Shown here piece by piece: positions 1 through 10,798 of a DNA stretch of 64,000 bases. Both the position numbers and the translations under genes were made by a program. Numbering within the stretch: position 1 is the first letter of the stretch; the number at the start of each line of letters is the position of its first letter. Where the stretch lies: IMG/VR virus record IMGVR_UViG_3300035698_035366, positions 62,001 to 126,000 of that record; one strand, given 5' to 3'. The notes under the pieces are model-generated. The model did not search any database, was not told where the DNA came from, and saw nothing but the letters and a program-made list of their open reading frames with translations.

Positions 1-2
1 CT

Positions 3-989
3 GATTCAGTACGTATATTTGTTGATGATAACATTATCCCTATGTCAGAACGTCTTGGTGAATGGTTGGCAGATGACGGTATACCAAAAGCTATGGGTAA
101 AATTGCAGATTGGTATGATGGTTTATTTGAAGGGGTGGCTGGAACAGACCCAGGGAAAAAATTTACTAATTGGATAGATGGTATTTTTGCATCAGCTGAT
201 GGTAAAGCTGCTACTGGAATTTTGAATGGCCTTGGAAATATGTTTGAAAACATAGGTATTAAGCTTAAAGAAATTTTCTTTGGATCAACAAAGGAAATTG
301 AAGGTGTGATGAAAACATTACCTGGAGTTTTTGGTGATCCTGGAGATTGGGAAGCTATAAAGAAATATGTTAGTGGTTTTATTGAAGGTATAAAAAATAC
401 TTTTGCTTCTTTTGGTGAGTTGACAAAAGAAGACGTTGCAAAAAAAATATCCGAAGTGATTAATAGTGTAATTACAGCTTTTGCGGCTTTTCCAGAATTT
501 ATTGATAATTTTATTGCTTCTTTTATCGGTAGCAAGTTTTTCTCTGATGAAACTGTTGAAGATGCTGAAAAAAGAATTAAAGATAGAGCAATAGCAAAAT
601 TGGAAGCCGAAACAACTGATATTCTTAATAATCCCAAAACCGATCCGAAGAGTAAATATAATCTAGAAATGAAGGAACAGGAAAGAGTTAAAACGGATGT
701 ATCAAACAGAGATTCTGGTGGATGGTTTTCCTTACCTACAAAACCAGAAGAACAACGTGGCCCAACGATACAAGATAGTCTTCAAAAAATGATTGCAGCA
801 AGACAAGATGGTGGTTTGGATAGCAATGAATTAAAAGAAATTAAAGCTGCCATCGCAAAGCTTGGCGTTCCTTTAGAAAAAGCAAATGATGCAATGCAAT
901 ATTTGGCAAGTGTTAAACCTGGTGAGTTGAATGCTGCGACCGCCGCGGTTGAATTAAATGGAAGAATACTTAGAGTTGCTAGAGAATAA
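3..989 (+). CDS. C-terminal part of a large probable virion protein (tape-measure/hub-like), truncated by the window edge
   Basis: Frame is open from position 3, upstream of the track start at 42; helical Gly/Ala/Phe-rich sequence; directly upstream of portal. Confidence 0.35.
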   Translation, partial: DSVRIFVDDNIIPMSERLGEWLADDGIPKAMGKIADWYDGLFEGVAGTDPGKKFTNWIDGIFASADGKAATGILNGLGNMFENIGIKLKEIFFGSTKEIEGVMKTLPGVFGDPGDWEAIKKYVSGFIEGIKNTFASFGELTKEDVAKKISEVINSVITAFAAFPEFIDNFIASFIGSKFFSDETVEDAEKRIKDRAIAKLEAETTDILNNPKTDPKSKYNLEMKEQERVKTDVSNRDSGGWFSLPTKPEEQRGPTIQDSLQKMIAARQDGGLDSNELKEIKAAIAKLGVPLEKANDAMQYLASVKPGELNAATAAVELNGRILRVARE

Positions 990-1042
990 TGACTAATACT
1001 ATAAACAATAAATACTATGTAATTAACTTTTAGGTTGAAAAT

Positions 1043-4000
1043 ATGAGCTGGAAAAAACATTTGGCTGCCGTACCACAAGGGCAAAAACTCCAAGCTGCAA
1101 TTGATAGAATGCACGCTAATATGGATAATGAAGCCATTACTGGTACGAGTGGTAAATTTACTTCTTATCTACCAGAAGTTTATTCTGGGCAAGATAACCG
1201 TATTGAAAGATACGGTCAATATTTGAACATGGATAAAGATCCAGCCGTCAATGCTGCATTGGATACCATTTCATATTTCTGTACACAAACTGAAGAAGAA
1301 TCACCTTTGATGTTCAAAATTGATTACTTTGATAATGTCACTGATGCGGAAACAGAAGTGTTACAAGCTTCCCTTAGAAAATGGACATTAATCAATAAAT
1401 TCAAACAACGACTATTTGGTATTTTCAGAAAAACTATTATGTATGGTGATCAATTCTTTATTCGCGACCCAGAAACATTTGAACTGCATTGGGTCAATCA
1501 CGAAAATGTTGATAAGATAATTGTAGATGAGGCACAAGGAAAGAAACTTGATCAATTCATAGTTAGGGATTTGGATTTGAATCTGCAGACATTAGTAGCA
1601 ACTCAGCCTAGAAAAGGACGTGGTTCACAAGGACCAACAGGGTGGGCTGGAACGCCTAAGGCCGCTGGACCAGTCACTGTTCCATCATCAGCAGGTGGTT
1701 ATGGTACAAGGTTTGATACTGGTCAAGGTGAATATATTGATGCAAATCATGTTGTTCAATTCTCTCTTTCAGATGGACAAGACGCAAATTGGCCGTTTGG
1801 TTCTTCAATTTTGGAATCAGTTTTCAAACCATACAAGCAGAAAGAATTAATTGAAGATGCGGTTATCATTTATCGAGTTCAAAGAGCACCTGAACGTAGA
1901 GTATTTTATATTGATACTGGTAATGCACCCCCACATAAGGCTATGGAGTTCGTTAATCGAATTTCAAATGAAATACACCAACGACGTATACCAACACAGA
2001 CTGGTGGTGGATCAACAATTATGGATGCAGCATACAACCCATTGTGTTTAGCGTTAGACACAACTATACCGCTATTAGATGGTAGAACACTTAAATTGGA
2101 AGAATTGATTACTGAATATAACCAAGGTAAAGAAAATTGGACTTATAGTTGTGACCCTATAACAGGTAAGATTGTTCCTGGTAATATTACATGGGCAGGT
2201 ATCACACGCAAAAACACACAAGTGATTAAATTAAACCTGGATGATGGAACTTCAATTACATTAACACCAGACCACAAAGTACCGGTTTTAGGTAAAGGAT
2301 TCGTCGAAGCACAACACCTGACTAAAAATGATTCATTGATTAGTTATGAAACACGAGAAAAAAGCCTAGTTTCTTCGGATAATGATAGAACATACACTCA
2401 AATTTACGATCATGAACAAAATGAATGGGTTTATGTTCATCGGTTAGTTAATAAATTCTTTAGAGATATTAACAAACATCAAGAATTTACATATCTACCA
2501 GAAAATATTAATTCTCATAAAAGTGTTGTTCACCATAAAGATTTCAATCGATATAATAATGATCCTAGGAATCTACAATTAATGAATCACTTAGACCATA
2601 TTAGATACCATCAGGATACTAATTTTTGGCAGCATATTTCAGAGAAAGAAGCTGAACGAATTAAATTAAAAATAAGTAAGACCTTAAAAAATCGGTGGGA
2701 AAATATTACCGATGATGAAAAAAGAATTTCTTTAAAAAATATAAGAAAAGCGCAGCAACAAGCAGTTTGGTTAAGAAATAATGACAATGATCATGCAACA
2801 AAATATGCTGTTAATTTTGGAAAAGCAAGACGTGAAAAAATTAAAAACGATCCTGATTTCAAAAAACGAATTACTTCACATTTAACAAATTGGCAAGAAA
2901 ATATGCCTAATCAACGAAAGAATTACACTCAAAAGATGTTACAATTAGTAATTGATGTTGTTAGAGAAAATGATTCAAACCGTGTTAATACAGCTAAAAT
3001 ATTAAATGAAAATGGTGATATACTTAACGAAATTAAATTAGTAAATCCAGTAGATCCTAAAAAGAATAATAAAATTGGTTATACAACATTCACTCCTGAA
3101 AATCTCGACGGTATTATTTCTAATTTCGGATACAAAGGATGGAAAGACTTTAAATCTAAAATTAATGTTTATAATCATAGAATTACCTCAATTGAATGGT
3201 TAGATGAAAAACAAGATACTGGCACAATAACAATAGATGGTAAAGAAAAATGGCATAATTATCATACCTTCCCAGTAAATAATAGCATTTTTGTTAAAAA
3301 TTCAATGATTGACGATTATTTCTTTCCACAAACTGCAGAAGGTCGAGGATCAAAGGTTGAAACTCTTCCGGGTGGAGATAGTTTAGGTGAGATTGATGAT
3401 TTGAAATATTTCAATAATAGAATGCTCGATGGTTTGCGCGTTCCCCGTTCATATATTTCAACAGGACCAGATGAAAACCAAGGTGGGTTAAGTGACGGTA
3501 AGCTCGGAATGGCTTATATGCAAGACTTTAGTTTTGGCAAGTATTGTGGTAGAATTCAAGATCAGCTAAATCCAACATTTGACCGTGAATTCAAATTATT
3601 TCTAAAGGACCGCGGTATTCAAGTTGATTCAGGTATGTTCCAAATTGAACTTCATACGCCGCAGAATTTCTCAAAGTATCGCCAAATTGAGGCTGATTCA
3701 GCACAAATTTCAGTATTCCAACCACTAGCTGATGTTCCTTACTTGTCTAAGCGATTCCTAATGAAACGATTCCTAAATCTTTCAGATGAAGAAATTCTTG
3801 AAAATGAGGAATTGTGGAGAGAGGAAAATGAAGAATCTGCAAATGATGCAATGGGTATAAATACTGGTGGTGGAGGCGGAGGTGCCGCTGGCGTTTCAGG
3901 CCTGAGTGCTGTTGGTATTCGTCCAGATGAAGGTGGTGAAGATATTGATACCGGAGAAGAATTGGAAGGCACGGAATCGCCAATCTCTGGTGGTGAAGCT

Positions 4001-4045
4001 GGTGAAGTCGAAACAGGTGAAGAAGCCCCTGAAGTGGAGTTATAA
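1043..4045 (+). CDS. Portal protein (T4 gp20-like) interrupted by an intein
   Basis: gp20 motifs IEDAVIIYRVQRAPERRVFYIDTGN, SMIDDYFFP..EGRGSKVETLPGG..LGEIDDLKYF. Confidence 0.92.
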   Translation: MSWKKHLAAVPQGQKLQAAIDRMHANMDNEAITGTSGKFTSYLPEVYSGQDNRIERYGQYLNMDKDPAVNAALDTISYFCTQTEEESPLMFKIDYFDNVTDAETEVLQASLRKWTLINKFKQRLFGIFRKTIMYGDQFFIRDPETFELHWVNHENVDKIIVDEAQGKKLDQFIVRDLDLNLQTLVATQPRKGRGSQGPTGWAGTPKAAGPVTVPSSAGGYGTRFDTGQGEYIDANHVVQFSLSDGQDANWPFGSSILESVFKPYKQKELIEDAVIIYRVQRAPERRVFYIDTGNAPPHKAMEFVNRISNEIHQRRIPTQTGGGSTIMDAAYNPLCLALDTTIPLLDGRTLKLEELITEYNQGKENWTYSCDPITGKIVPGNITWAGITRKNTQVIKLNLDDGTSITLTPDHKVPVLGKGFVEAQHLTKNDSLISYETREKSLVSSDNDRTYTQIYDHEQNEWVYVHRLVNKFFRDINKHQEFTYLPENINSHKSVVHHKDFNRYNNDPRNLQLMNHLDHIRYHQDTNFWQHISEKEAERIKLKISKTLKNRWENITDDEKRISLKNIRKAQQQAVWLRNNDNDHATKYAVNFGKARREKIKNDPDFKKRITSHLTNWQENMPNQRKNYTQKMLQLVIDVVRENDSNRVNTAKILNENGDILNEIKLVNPVDPKKNNKIGYTTFTPENLDGIISNFGYKGWKDFKSKINVYNHRITSIEWLDEKQDTGTITIDGKEKWHNYHTFPVNNSIFVKNSMIDDYFFPQTAEGRGSKVETLPGGDSLGEIDDLKYFNNRMLDGLRVPRSYISTGPDENQGGLSDGKLGMAYMQDFSFGKYCGRIQDQLNPTFDREFKLFLKDRGIQVDSGMFQIELHTPQNFSKYRQIEADSAQISVFQPLADVPYLSKRFLMKRFLNLSDEEILENEELWREENEESANDAMGINTGGGGGGAAGVSGLSAVGIRPDEGGEDIDTGEELEGTESPISGGEAGEVETGEEAPEVEL
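2045..3301 (+). mobile_element. Intein (~419 aa) with HNH homing endonuclease
   Basis: Starts CLALDTTIPLLDG, block B LTPDHKV, ends ..HNYHTF..IFVKN followed by +1 Ser; internal VVHHKDFNRYNNDPRNL HNH motif; removal restores NPL|SMIDDYFFP. Confidence 0.88.
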
Positions 4046-4046
4046 A

Positions 4047-4310
4047 ATGAAATTAACGGAAGCATTAAAAATTATTTTAGAGTTTGAACAGGAAAATGCT
4101 AATTTTGGGTTTTATGATCCATCTGAAGACAAAATTGCACAACGTAACCTTGACGATACACGCAAAACCAAGTTAACCCTAAAGCACTTAAATCGTTTGA
4201 AGAAAATCCGAGCGACTAAAAAATTGGCTCATGTGCAGAAGACAGGGCTTCTGCAATTAATGTATGGTTCAGCCGGTGGTGAAGAAGAGGGTGGTGCGTC
4301 CCCGTTCTAA
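4047..4310 (+). CDS. Small hypothetical head-module protein
   Basis: ATG 1 nt after the portal stop; basic TRKTKLTLKHLNRLKKIR segment; track start at 3906 overlaps portal and is probably too long. Confidence 0.6.
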   Translation: MKLTEALKIILEFEQENANFGFYDPSEDKIAQRNLDDTRKTKLTLKHLNRLKKIRATKKLAHVQKTGLLQLMYGSAGGEEEGGASPF

Positions 4311-4894
4311 AATCTTAATTTGAATAATAATCTATCATCTTCATTTTGGAAATAAAATATTGGATATATATTAATATATACTTTATTAAACGAATCAACA
4401 AACATTATATCAGCATGAAACCCGAAAGAAGCGTTTATTTTATCTTCTTCTAAGTAATTAATATATTCTTTTAATCCAACCCTGATGATAAAATCACTAA
4501 TGCGTTTAGCGTGTACATTATGGTATAGATTATTATCCCCCAATTCATACATATAATATGTAGAAAATTCTAAAATAGTGTGCCCAATACAAGAAAGCTT
4601 ATACGGGTCAAGTATAAAGTCATCAAGTTTCAGCATATATCTGTGAGTCTTTAATGATCTTTTATGCGTTTCTGTTAAATAACCTCTTAATTGGTTAACG
4701 TTTACTTGATTTTTTATATCACCTTCATAAGAATAGAAAGTAAAATTATACTTAACGTCGTCGACGCGATTTTCGTACGGCTGTATCGCGGTTGGCTCCA
4801 TAAAATTCAGGATCTTTTCGAGCCACCCATTTAATAAATTTTTTAATTTCATCGTGATCATTGATCCGATCCCATGTATAATACCAGTTTGCAA
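4307..4894 (-). CDS. Hypothetical, FxxxxD/ExxxFxL paralog family (start may be 4801)
   Basis: Ends IFYFQNEDDRLLFKLRF. Confidence 0.6.
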   Translation of the reverse strand: MQTGIIHGIGSMITMKLKNLLNGWLEKILNFMEPTAIQPYENRVDDVKYNFTFYSYEGDIKNQVNVNQLRGYLTETHKRSLKTHRYMLKLDDFILDPYKLSCIGHTILEFSTYYMYELGDNNLYHNVHAKRISDFIIRVGLKEYINYLEEDKINASFGFHADIMFVDSFNKVYINIYPIFYFQNEDDRLLFKLRF

Positions 4895-5048
4895 GTTCTT
4901 TCTCCGTAAACACTGAATGAATTTTTTGGTGACATACGCGATGTATCGTTTCAGTACCAGTCCCTTTTTTAGCTTTGGGAATCATGTGATGGTTATCAAT
5001 ACTTTTTCCTTGTATTAATTCTCTACCACACATTGGACAATTATTCAT
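4752..5048 (-). CDS. HNH endonuclease
   Basis: CPMCGR..HHMIPKAKKG..IHRVCHQKIH. Confidence 0.8.
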   Translation of the reverse strand: MNNCPMCGRELIQGKSIDNHHMIPKAKKGTGTETIHRVCHQKIHSVFTEKELANWYYTWDRINDHDEIKKFIKWVARKDPEFYGANRDTAVRKSRRRR

Positions 5049-5676
5049 TATGCATTAACCTAAACATTATTGCTTCTTCATTATCTTCAAATTCAACTAT
5101 TACATCATACGATGGTAAATCATAAAAGACCTTTCCGGTTTCGAAATTGTCATCTACATATTTTCGAAGAGTGAGTAATTGATAATTTACTTGTTTCGGT
5201 GGGGTAAAACGTCGTTCAATTTGAATTTTATATCCCATCAGATATTCCAGTTCATCTTAAACAAGACCGCATCTTCTATATTTTCAAATACAATGTTAAA
5301 ACCTATAACATTTTGCGGACCATCTTGATCATCGTATGTCTCAAATAATGGTTTGATTATACCAAAAATATCATTTTTATCGAAAACATCTTCGATCATT
5401 TGATGCACAAGAGTGAATCCCAAACTATATTGACTACATGGGTATTCGATAAAATAATCAATCATCATATATCAATCTAATTAGGGTTATGTCTTCTTGG
5501 GAGCCACATATCACTTCGTAATAAAATGGTCTTGATTCGGCTTCTGCTATAAACGATTCATTGAGAAAATTTACAGGTAGGACATTTCCGCCAATGTTAT
5601 TTTCCTTTAGAATATTTTTCATTCTCATATAATGTTGATATCTACCTTTGAACATAAATGAAAACATCATACCCAC
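5041..5676 (-). CDS. Three tandem small paralogous ORFs (5041-5238, 5238-5468, 5458-5676)
   Basis: Overlapping stop/starts; C-termini FEDNEEAIMFRL, FENIEDAVLFKM, GSQEDITLIRL. Confidence 0.65.
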
Positions 5677-6137
5677 GTCATTTTAGTTAACAATAAATCT
5701 TCTTGATTTTTAAAAATAATTGCGAAACAATTGACTGAATTTGAGTAAACGTCCTCAGCCCTCACGAAATTGGTACTCCAAGAAATCCTTTGCTCGTTAA
5801 TCCATTGTGTGAATGGTTTATGTCTCCAGCTAAGAGAACAATTATCTTCATGAATTTCTTTAACAACAAACGTTCCATCAAGGTTTGAGACTTGGCTACT
5901 TATATGTTTCAATTCCTGAGGCTTGATAGCACACATTAACCACACAAAGGGTTTTCTAGAATATATGGGATGTTCAGAATCGTATCTCCATATATTACAA
6001 TGTGGGAAATTTTCCAGTTCAAGAATTTTCCATTGTCGATCGGAGAGCTCGAGATTCATACCCCGAGCCCTCTCTATTGCAGATAAATCCGAAGTACGAT
6101 ATTCCTCATACTTCTCGGGTGATACCTTGCCAATCAT
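5667..6137 (-). CDS. Hypothetical, same C-terminal motif family
   Basis: Likely start MIGKVSPE at 6137; ends IIFKNQEDLLLTKMTWV. Confidence 0.55.
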   Translation of the reverse strand: MIGKVSPEKYEEYRTSDLSAIERARGMNLELSDRQWKILELENFPHCNIWRYDSEHPIYSRKPFVWLMCAIKPQELKHISSQVSNLDGTFVVKEIHEDNCSLSWRHKPFTQWINEQRISWSTNFVRAEDVYSNSVNCFAIIFKNQEDLLLTKMTWV

Positions 6138-6684
6138 CTCCCATTTCCTCAATTTGCCTAAATAACCCCTTGCTAATCGACCCCTTAACTGTGACATCAA
6201 AACCAAGAGCAGCAACCCCTCGGACGAAGAAGTCGACACAAATATCAGTAGCAACGCCACCAACTTCGATTTCATTAACACCAGCAGCGAGCATTTCAGA
6301 GAAGAATTGATCTCTTGTCTTCATTGTACCGTATCCTTCGATTCTGAGATTATCCTCTTCGAAGGTGTCGAACGCATTCTTGTAAATGGTATATACCGGA
6401 ATGTCTGAATTGATCACTAATTGATTAACCGCCAGACGTGAGCCAACGGTGTTTTTTACACAGTGGCTTGGGAACGGTGTGCCATCTGGCATAGTTTCAA
6501 CAAAGTCTGCTTCATGCCAATCCTTAGTGAATACAACTGCTTCAATCTCATCGGGATTCAGGTCAATTAAATACTGGGTCATCGGAATAATTAATTCCTT
6601 TGAACCGGGGATTGGTAATTTCGAACCCACCAAATCCAGGAAGTCTACCTGAAAATCTACAATACCTACTAACTTCTTTGCCAT
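6106..6684 (-). CDS. pncA: Nicotinamidase (isochorismatase family)
   Basis: VDFQVDF, TKDWH, FPSHCV..T.GS, KNAFDTF, GVATDICV. Confidence 0.88.
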   Translation of the reverse strand: MAKKLVGIVDFQVDFLDLVGSKLPIPGSKELIIPMTQYLIDLNPDEIEAVVFTKDWHEADFVETMPDGTPFPSHCVKNTVGSRLAVNQLVINSDIPVYTIYKNAFDTFEEDNLRIEGYGTMKTRDQFFSEMLAAGVNEIEVGGVATDICVDFFVRGVAALGFDVTVKGSISKGLFRQIEEMGDDWQGITREV

Positions 6685-6764
6685 CTTACAATCTCCTTAT
6701 AGACGGTTTTTCAATGTGACCAAATGATCCAATTTTGATCCGCTTCATGCGTGACCGAATTACA

Positions 6765-8324
6765 TTATTTTATAATCTTAAAAACTTCAAGCAAATCGAA
6801 CGGATCAATGTTTCTTTCGTTTGCAACAACAATAACCTTCTTAGCTTTATTAAGCCAGGTATTATGTGCATCTGATGGTGTCTCCCAAGAACCATAAAAC
6901 CAACTACATCCTTCAGCGTGATTATGATGGCATAGTGTTTCATGTAATTCCTCAGCGAGTCTACGATCATTGCTAAGTGCCATAAATCTTTGACGTTGTT
7001 TTTCACGTTTTTCTAATTCTTCGCGGAGATCTACAATCTCTCCTTCAATGCATTCTTCGATTGTCTCAAAACTTTGCGTAACCATTATCCTCTCCCACAA
7101 TTGTTATAATATCTCGAATCTTCTGTTGTAGAACTGTGATCTGTTGATCTCTCGATCTAATTTCTCTTTCATGATCTAAACGTGATACTGGCTCCAATTC
7201 TCTAATTCTAACAAACATTGGATTATTATAATCCTTTGCTTCTTTATCAGCCTTGGTTCTGGCAGATTTTTCATTCTTGGCATCAACGATAATATCAACA
7301 CTTTGATGGGGACCAACCTCATATATTGCCTCAAACTGTTTCATCTACCAATTACCTTCATAATGCCTTAATTTTTCTTCATCAGTAAAACCATCTCTTT
7401 GATCCACTCAATGCGTGACCCGATCTCTTACATGCAATCCAAAGCATATTCTTCTAACTCTTCAATATCTTGTCCCTTTGCCCATTTACAAAAAGCATGA
7501 AATTCATATTGTTTATAAAGTTTCGCAGCCTTGAATAACCCAAAGACTCGTTTCAATTGTAATTCCCTTTCAGGTAATGATAATTCTTTGCTCATTATCT
7601 TTACCACCTTAATCCAGCAGCACGTTCAGCAGATTCCAATTGTTCGGCGTCAGTAAACCCACCACCATCTCTTTGGGCGGCTTCTCGTGTCCAAGACGAT
7701 TCACTTGCTTCTTTCCGGTTCAATAGTTCTTTCATCCGATACATTTTCGTTGACAATTCCAGGACAAGAGAAATAAGTTCATCTTTTGATAACTTCTTTA
7801 ATTCCTCTAACGTTTTCATTTTATTTTACCTCACTATTATTATAACAATATTTTGTAAATTGTCAACATTTAATCACCGAAACCGCCATGGTAATAACTT
7901 TGTTTATCGTCTTGGACAAATGAATTTCCTAGTCGTTCGGCATATTCAGTATATATTTCTTCATCTGACCTTGCTGATAACCTTAGAATAGTCTTTGATT
8001 GCATCTCGATAATTGCAATCAATTCATCAACAGATTTTTCTTTCAATTCTTCTTTTTTCATATCTCTACCTCTTTAACCCAATTGTTGGCATCTTGCACA
8101 CATTCATCGTATGGAGTTGGTATATAACGGCTATTCTTTGAAGTCCACACTTGTCTACGCTTAGAACATACTGAACATTCTTGTCCGGTTAGGATACCGT
8201 ATCCATGAAATAGTTTCTTATCCACCCAATGACAATATCCGAGGTTATGGAGTTTCTTTCTAAAATATAGTCTTAATCTCGTTAACAAAGTTTTAATCCT
8301 TTGCCCAAAAACTCTTTGGCTCAT
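6765..8324 (-). CDS. Six small hypothetical ORFs (6765-7100, 7066-7344, 7428-7595, 7601-7819, 7870-8061, 8058-8324)
   Basis: Tightly packed, same strand; 7601-7819 and 7870-8061 share an MKxxELKxxSxDELI start. Confidence 0.55.
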
Positions 8325-8910
8325 TAATACGGAATTCTTCTGGAAAATTATACTCTACAATTTTCCAATTAACCCGGGGAACCCATTCCTTCCAATCATC
8401 GGAGCGAAGTTCCAGAAAAGTTCGAAGATCAGTCGCTGCCGGAACTGGATTAGCGTTACGGTCCAAAACATGTAGGACTCGAGTAATTACATCGTCATTT
8501 ACATAATCCTGTCGGTTTTTCATACCAAACTGGTCATCGCATTTTTCTTCTGGCATAAAACGGCCTTCATACCAACGACCGTCGGCCCGGGATCCGGTAA
8601 AATAATCAGTTGGCTCGGGTAAACCAATCTTGGTTATCTTCTCCAAAATATAATCAACCCACTGGTTGGTTCCCTCAACAGTTCCAAGATCGTTTAGCTG
8701 AACGATTTTCAATCGATCACCGTACACATTTTGGACCATCTTCTTTCGTTCTTCGAACGTGTATGGATCCCACTTTTCACGGCTTTTCTGAGACGAGCCA
8801 ATGCACAGGATTGCGGTCTCATGATCCCGAATCATTTTATTGATGATCCGGCAATGCCCTTCATGTAGAGGTTGAATTCTCATTACCGCAAGTGCAATTC
8901 TTGTTACCAT
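8293..8910 (-). CDS. NMN/NaMN adenylyltransferase (NadM-like)
   Basis: RIQPLHEGH (HxGH), IGSSQKSREKWDPYTFEERKKMV. Confidence 0.85.
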   Translation of the reverse strand: MVTRIALAVMRIQPLHEGHCRIINKMIRDHETAILCIGSSQKSREKWDPYTFEERKKMVQNVYGDRLKIVQLNDLGTVEGTNQWVDYILEKITKIGLPEPTDYFTGSRADGRWYEGRFMPEEKCDDQFGMKNRQDYVNDDVITRVLHVLDRNANPVPAATDLRTFLELRSDDWKEWVPRVNWKIVEYNFPEEFRINEPKSFWAKD

Positions 8911-8922
8911 AATTTTATTCCT

Positions 8923-9390
8923 TCATCCGTCCGAAATAACCCAACCGCGCTGGATAGCCAGTTCAGCTAAATCGCTATGATTGAAAGCCAGGTTCATTTC
9001 GTCAATTTCGTCGATTGGAAATCCCCGAACTTCTGCTAAATCGTCCCCGGCCACCGCATTTACAGCTTCAATATGGGTGAGGTAAGCAATGTAGCAGGTA
9101 TTAACAACATGGCCACGCGGATCAGTTTTTGGATCCGAATGGACGTGATAAAGTTCAAGATCACCAATATGATAGTCGACGCCTGTCTCTTCTTTGAGTT
9201 CACGAACAGCACACTCTTCAGTAGTTTCGGTACCAATGTTTAGGAACCCACCAGGCATACACCACTGGCCAGGAAAAGTATCAACATCATCCCGGCGCCG
9301 ACCAAGCAACATATACATTTGCCCGTTGATGAAATAAATCGGTGCAACTGTTGATGTGTTATCACCCTTCGGATACTTATATTCAAACAT
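8923..9390 (-). CDS. Nudix hydrolase, probable ADP-ribose pyrophosphatase
   Basis: Nudix box GGFLNIGTETTEECAVRELKEETGV; DPRGHVV; LAFNH. Confidence 0.88.
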   Translation of the reverse strand: MFEYKYPKGDNTSTVAPIYFINGQMYMLLGRRRDDVDTFPGQWCMPGGFLNIGTETTEECAVRELKEETGVDYHIGDLELYHVHSDPKTDPRGHVVNTCYIAYLTHIEAVNAVAGDDLAEVRGFPIDEIDEMNLAFNHSDLAELAIQRGWVISDG

Positions 9391-9448
9391 TTTCTATTCT
9401 CCTTTTTGTGCAAACTAATTATAACACATCATTGGTGGATGTAAACCT

Positions 9449-10798
9449 TTACACCGTCACTTCCTGTTCACCGATACCAGCAACATCGAAAATTTTCTTA
9501 TACATCTCAATTGCTTCGGGTGTTCCAGTTGCCTTGTTGATGTTGTTGCTGAGTTTTACAGCGGGATTACCGTCTGCTTCAACTACTTTAATAACAACAC
9601 TGAATGGGCGGAATGCTTCTTCGAGTGTTAAATTGGTTCCGGGAACACAAAGTTCTGGATCAGGTACACAACCAATAAAATCATTCGTTAGGTTTGTTCC
9701 CCAACCATATGGTGTGGTGATTTGTTTCCGGAAATATCCCTGCAATTCAACAATGTCGGGATCATTTAGGCCATCTGAGAAAATATTCGTTTTCTTCAGA
9801 ATTTCTTCATTGTTCAAACCATTGTCACGCAACCACTCGATGAACTTTGTGGCTTCCGTGCGGGGATCGCCCGAGTCCTGACGCTGTCCTCTCCATGAGG
9901 TAACAACTTCCTGTCGAAGATCATCTGGCATACCAGCGTAAAACTGCTCGGATCCGAATGTATCAGGAAGCATGATTCGAAGACCCTTGTTAAACAGTGG
10001 GCCCCATTTCCGCAGGACATCATATTGTGCCATACGCTTCTTTTCGTAAGGGGCAATTGCCGTCATAATCATTGGAAGTTCATGGGCATTTGTACCAATT
10101 GGAACCAGGTCACCATTAAAAGCCATCCATGTATTGGAAGTGCCAACGAAACTAGCCTTCAAAACTTCCTGGCACATTTCGATAGCTTTCTTCTGCCAAA
10201 GGAAACTATGCCTGCGCCTCTGTCCAAAATCTGAAACCAATGCATCAGGAGCATTATCCCGAATATTACATAGCTTCTTGTATAGCTTATCAGTTGCGCG
10301 ACCGTACATGATGTCAATGTCTGTTGGTGACATAAGTTTCATTAGATTCCGGTAATAAAGTTCAGAAATAATGGCAAGAGCAATCGTTTCCCAATCCTTA
10401 GTCATCTGCCATGGACCGTAAAATTCAAGATTGAATTGATCACCTTCAACTGAAAGTGTGTATCCGGAAAGCTGTCTATTTTTCAAACTATCAATATAGC
10501 TTTCGGAGAACATATTCTTACCGTAAACATCCATACCACGAAGATAATAAATATCAGTCAAACGGTATTTTAGTGTTTGGACGTGGTCGAGTTGCTCACG
10601 TAATTGCTGTTCTGGGATAATTTTTGCCAACGGAATCGCCTTATTGCGATTGATTAGCTTAAACCGAACCATAACATTGTCCAGTTCATTTGCGTGGATA
10701 TACTGTCCCATCGTCAGTTTGTAAAAATCAATGTCCATAAGACTACGGACAATGTAATCCGACTGTTGATGGCGTACCTGTTGTGCGAAATCAGTCAT
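9449..10798 (-). CDS. pncB: Nicotinate phosphoribosyltransferase
   Basis: SLMDIDFYKLTM, DFGQRRRHS, GTSN, PIGTNAHE, RQDSGDP, IFSDGL, GWGTNLTND, AVKLSNN..KATG. Confidence 0.93.
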   Translation of the reverse strand: MTDFAQQVRHQQSDYIVRSLMDIDFYKLTMGQYIHANELDNVMVRFKLINRNKAIPLAKIIPEQQLREQLDHVQTLKYRLTDIYYLRGMDVYGKNMFSESYIDSLKNRQLSGYTLSVEGDQFNLEFYGPWQMTKDWETIALAIISELYYRNLMKLMSPTDIDIMYGRATDKLYKKLCNIRDNAPDALVSDFGQRRRHSFLWQKKAIEMCQEVLKASFVGTSNTWMAFNGDLVPIGTNAHELPMIMTAIAPYEKKRMAQYDVLRKWGPLFNKGLRIMLPDTFGSEQFYAGMPDDLRQEVVTSWRGQRQDSGDPRTEATKFIEWLRDNGLNNEEILKKTNIFSDGLNDPDIVELQGYFRKQITTPYGWGTNLTNDFIGCVPDPELCVPGTNLTLEEAFRPFSVVIKVVEADGNPAVKLSNNINKATGTPEAIEMYKKIFDVAGIGEQEVTV

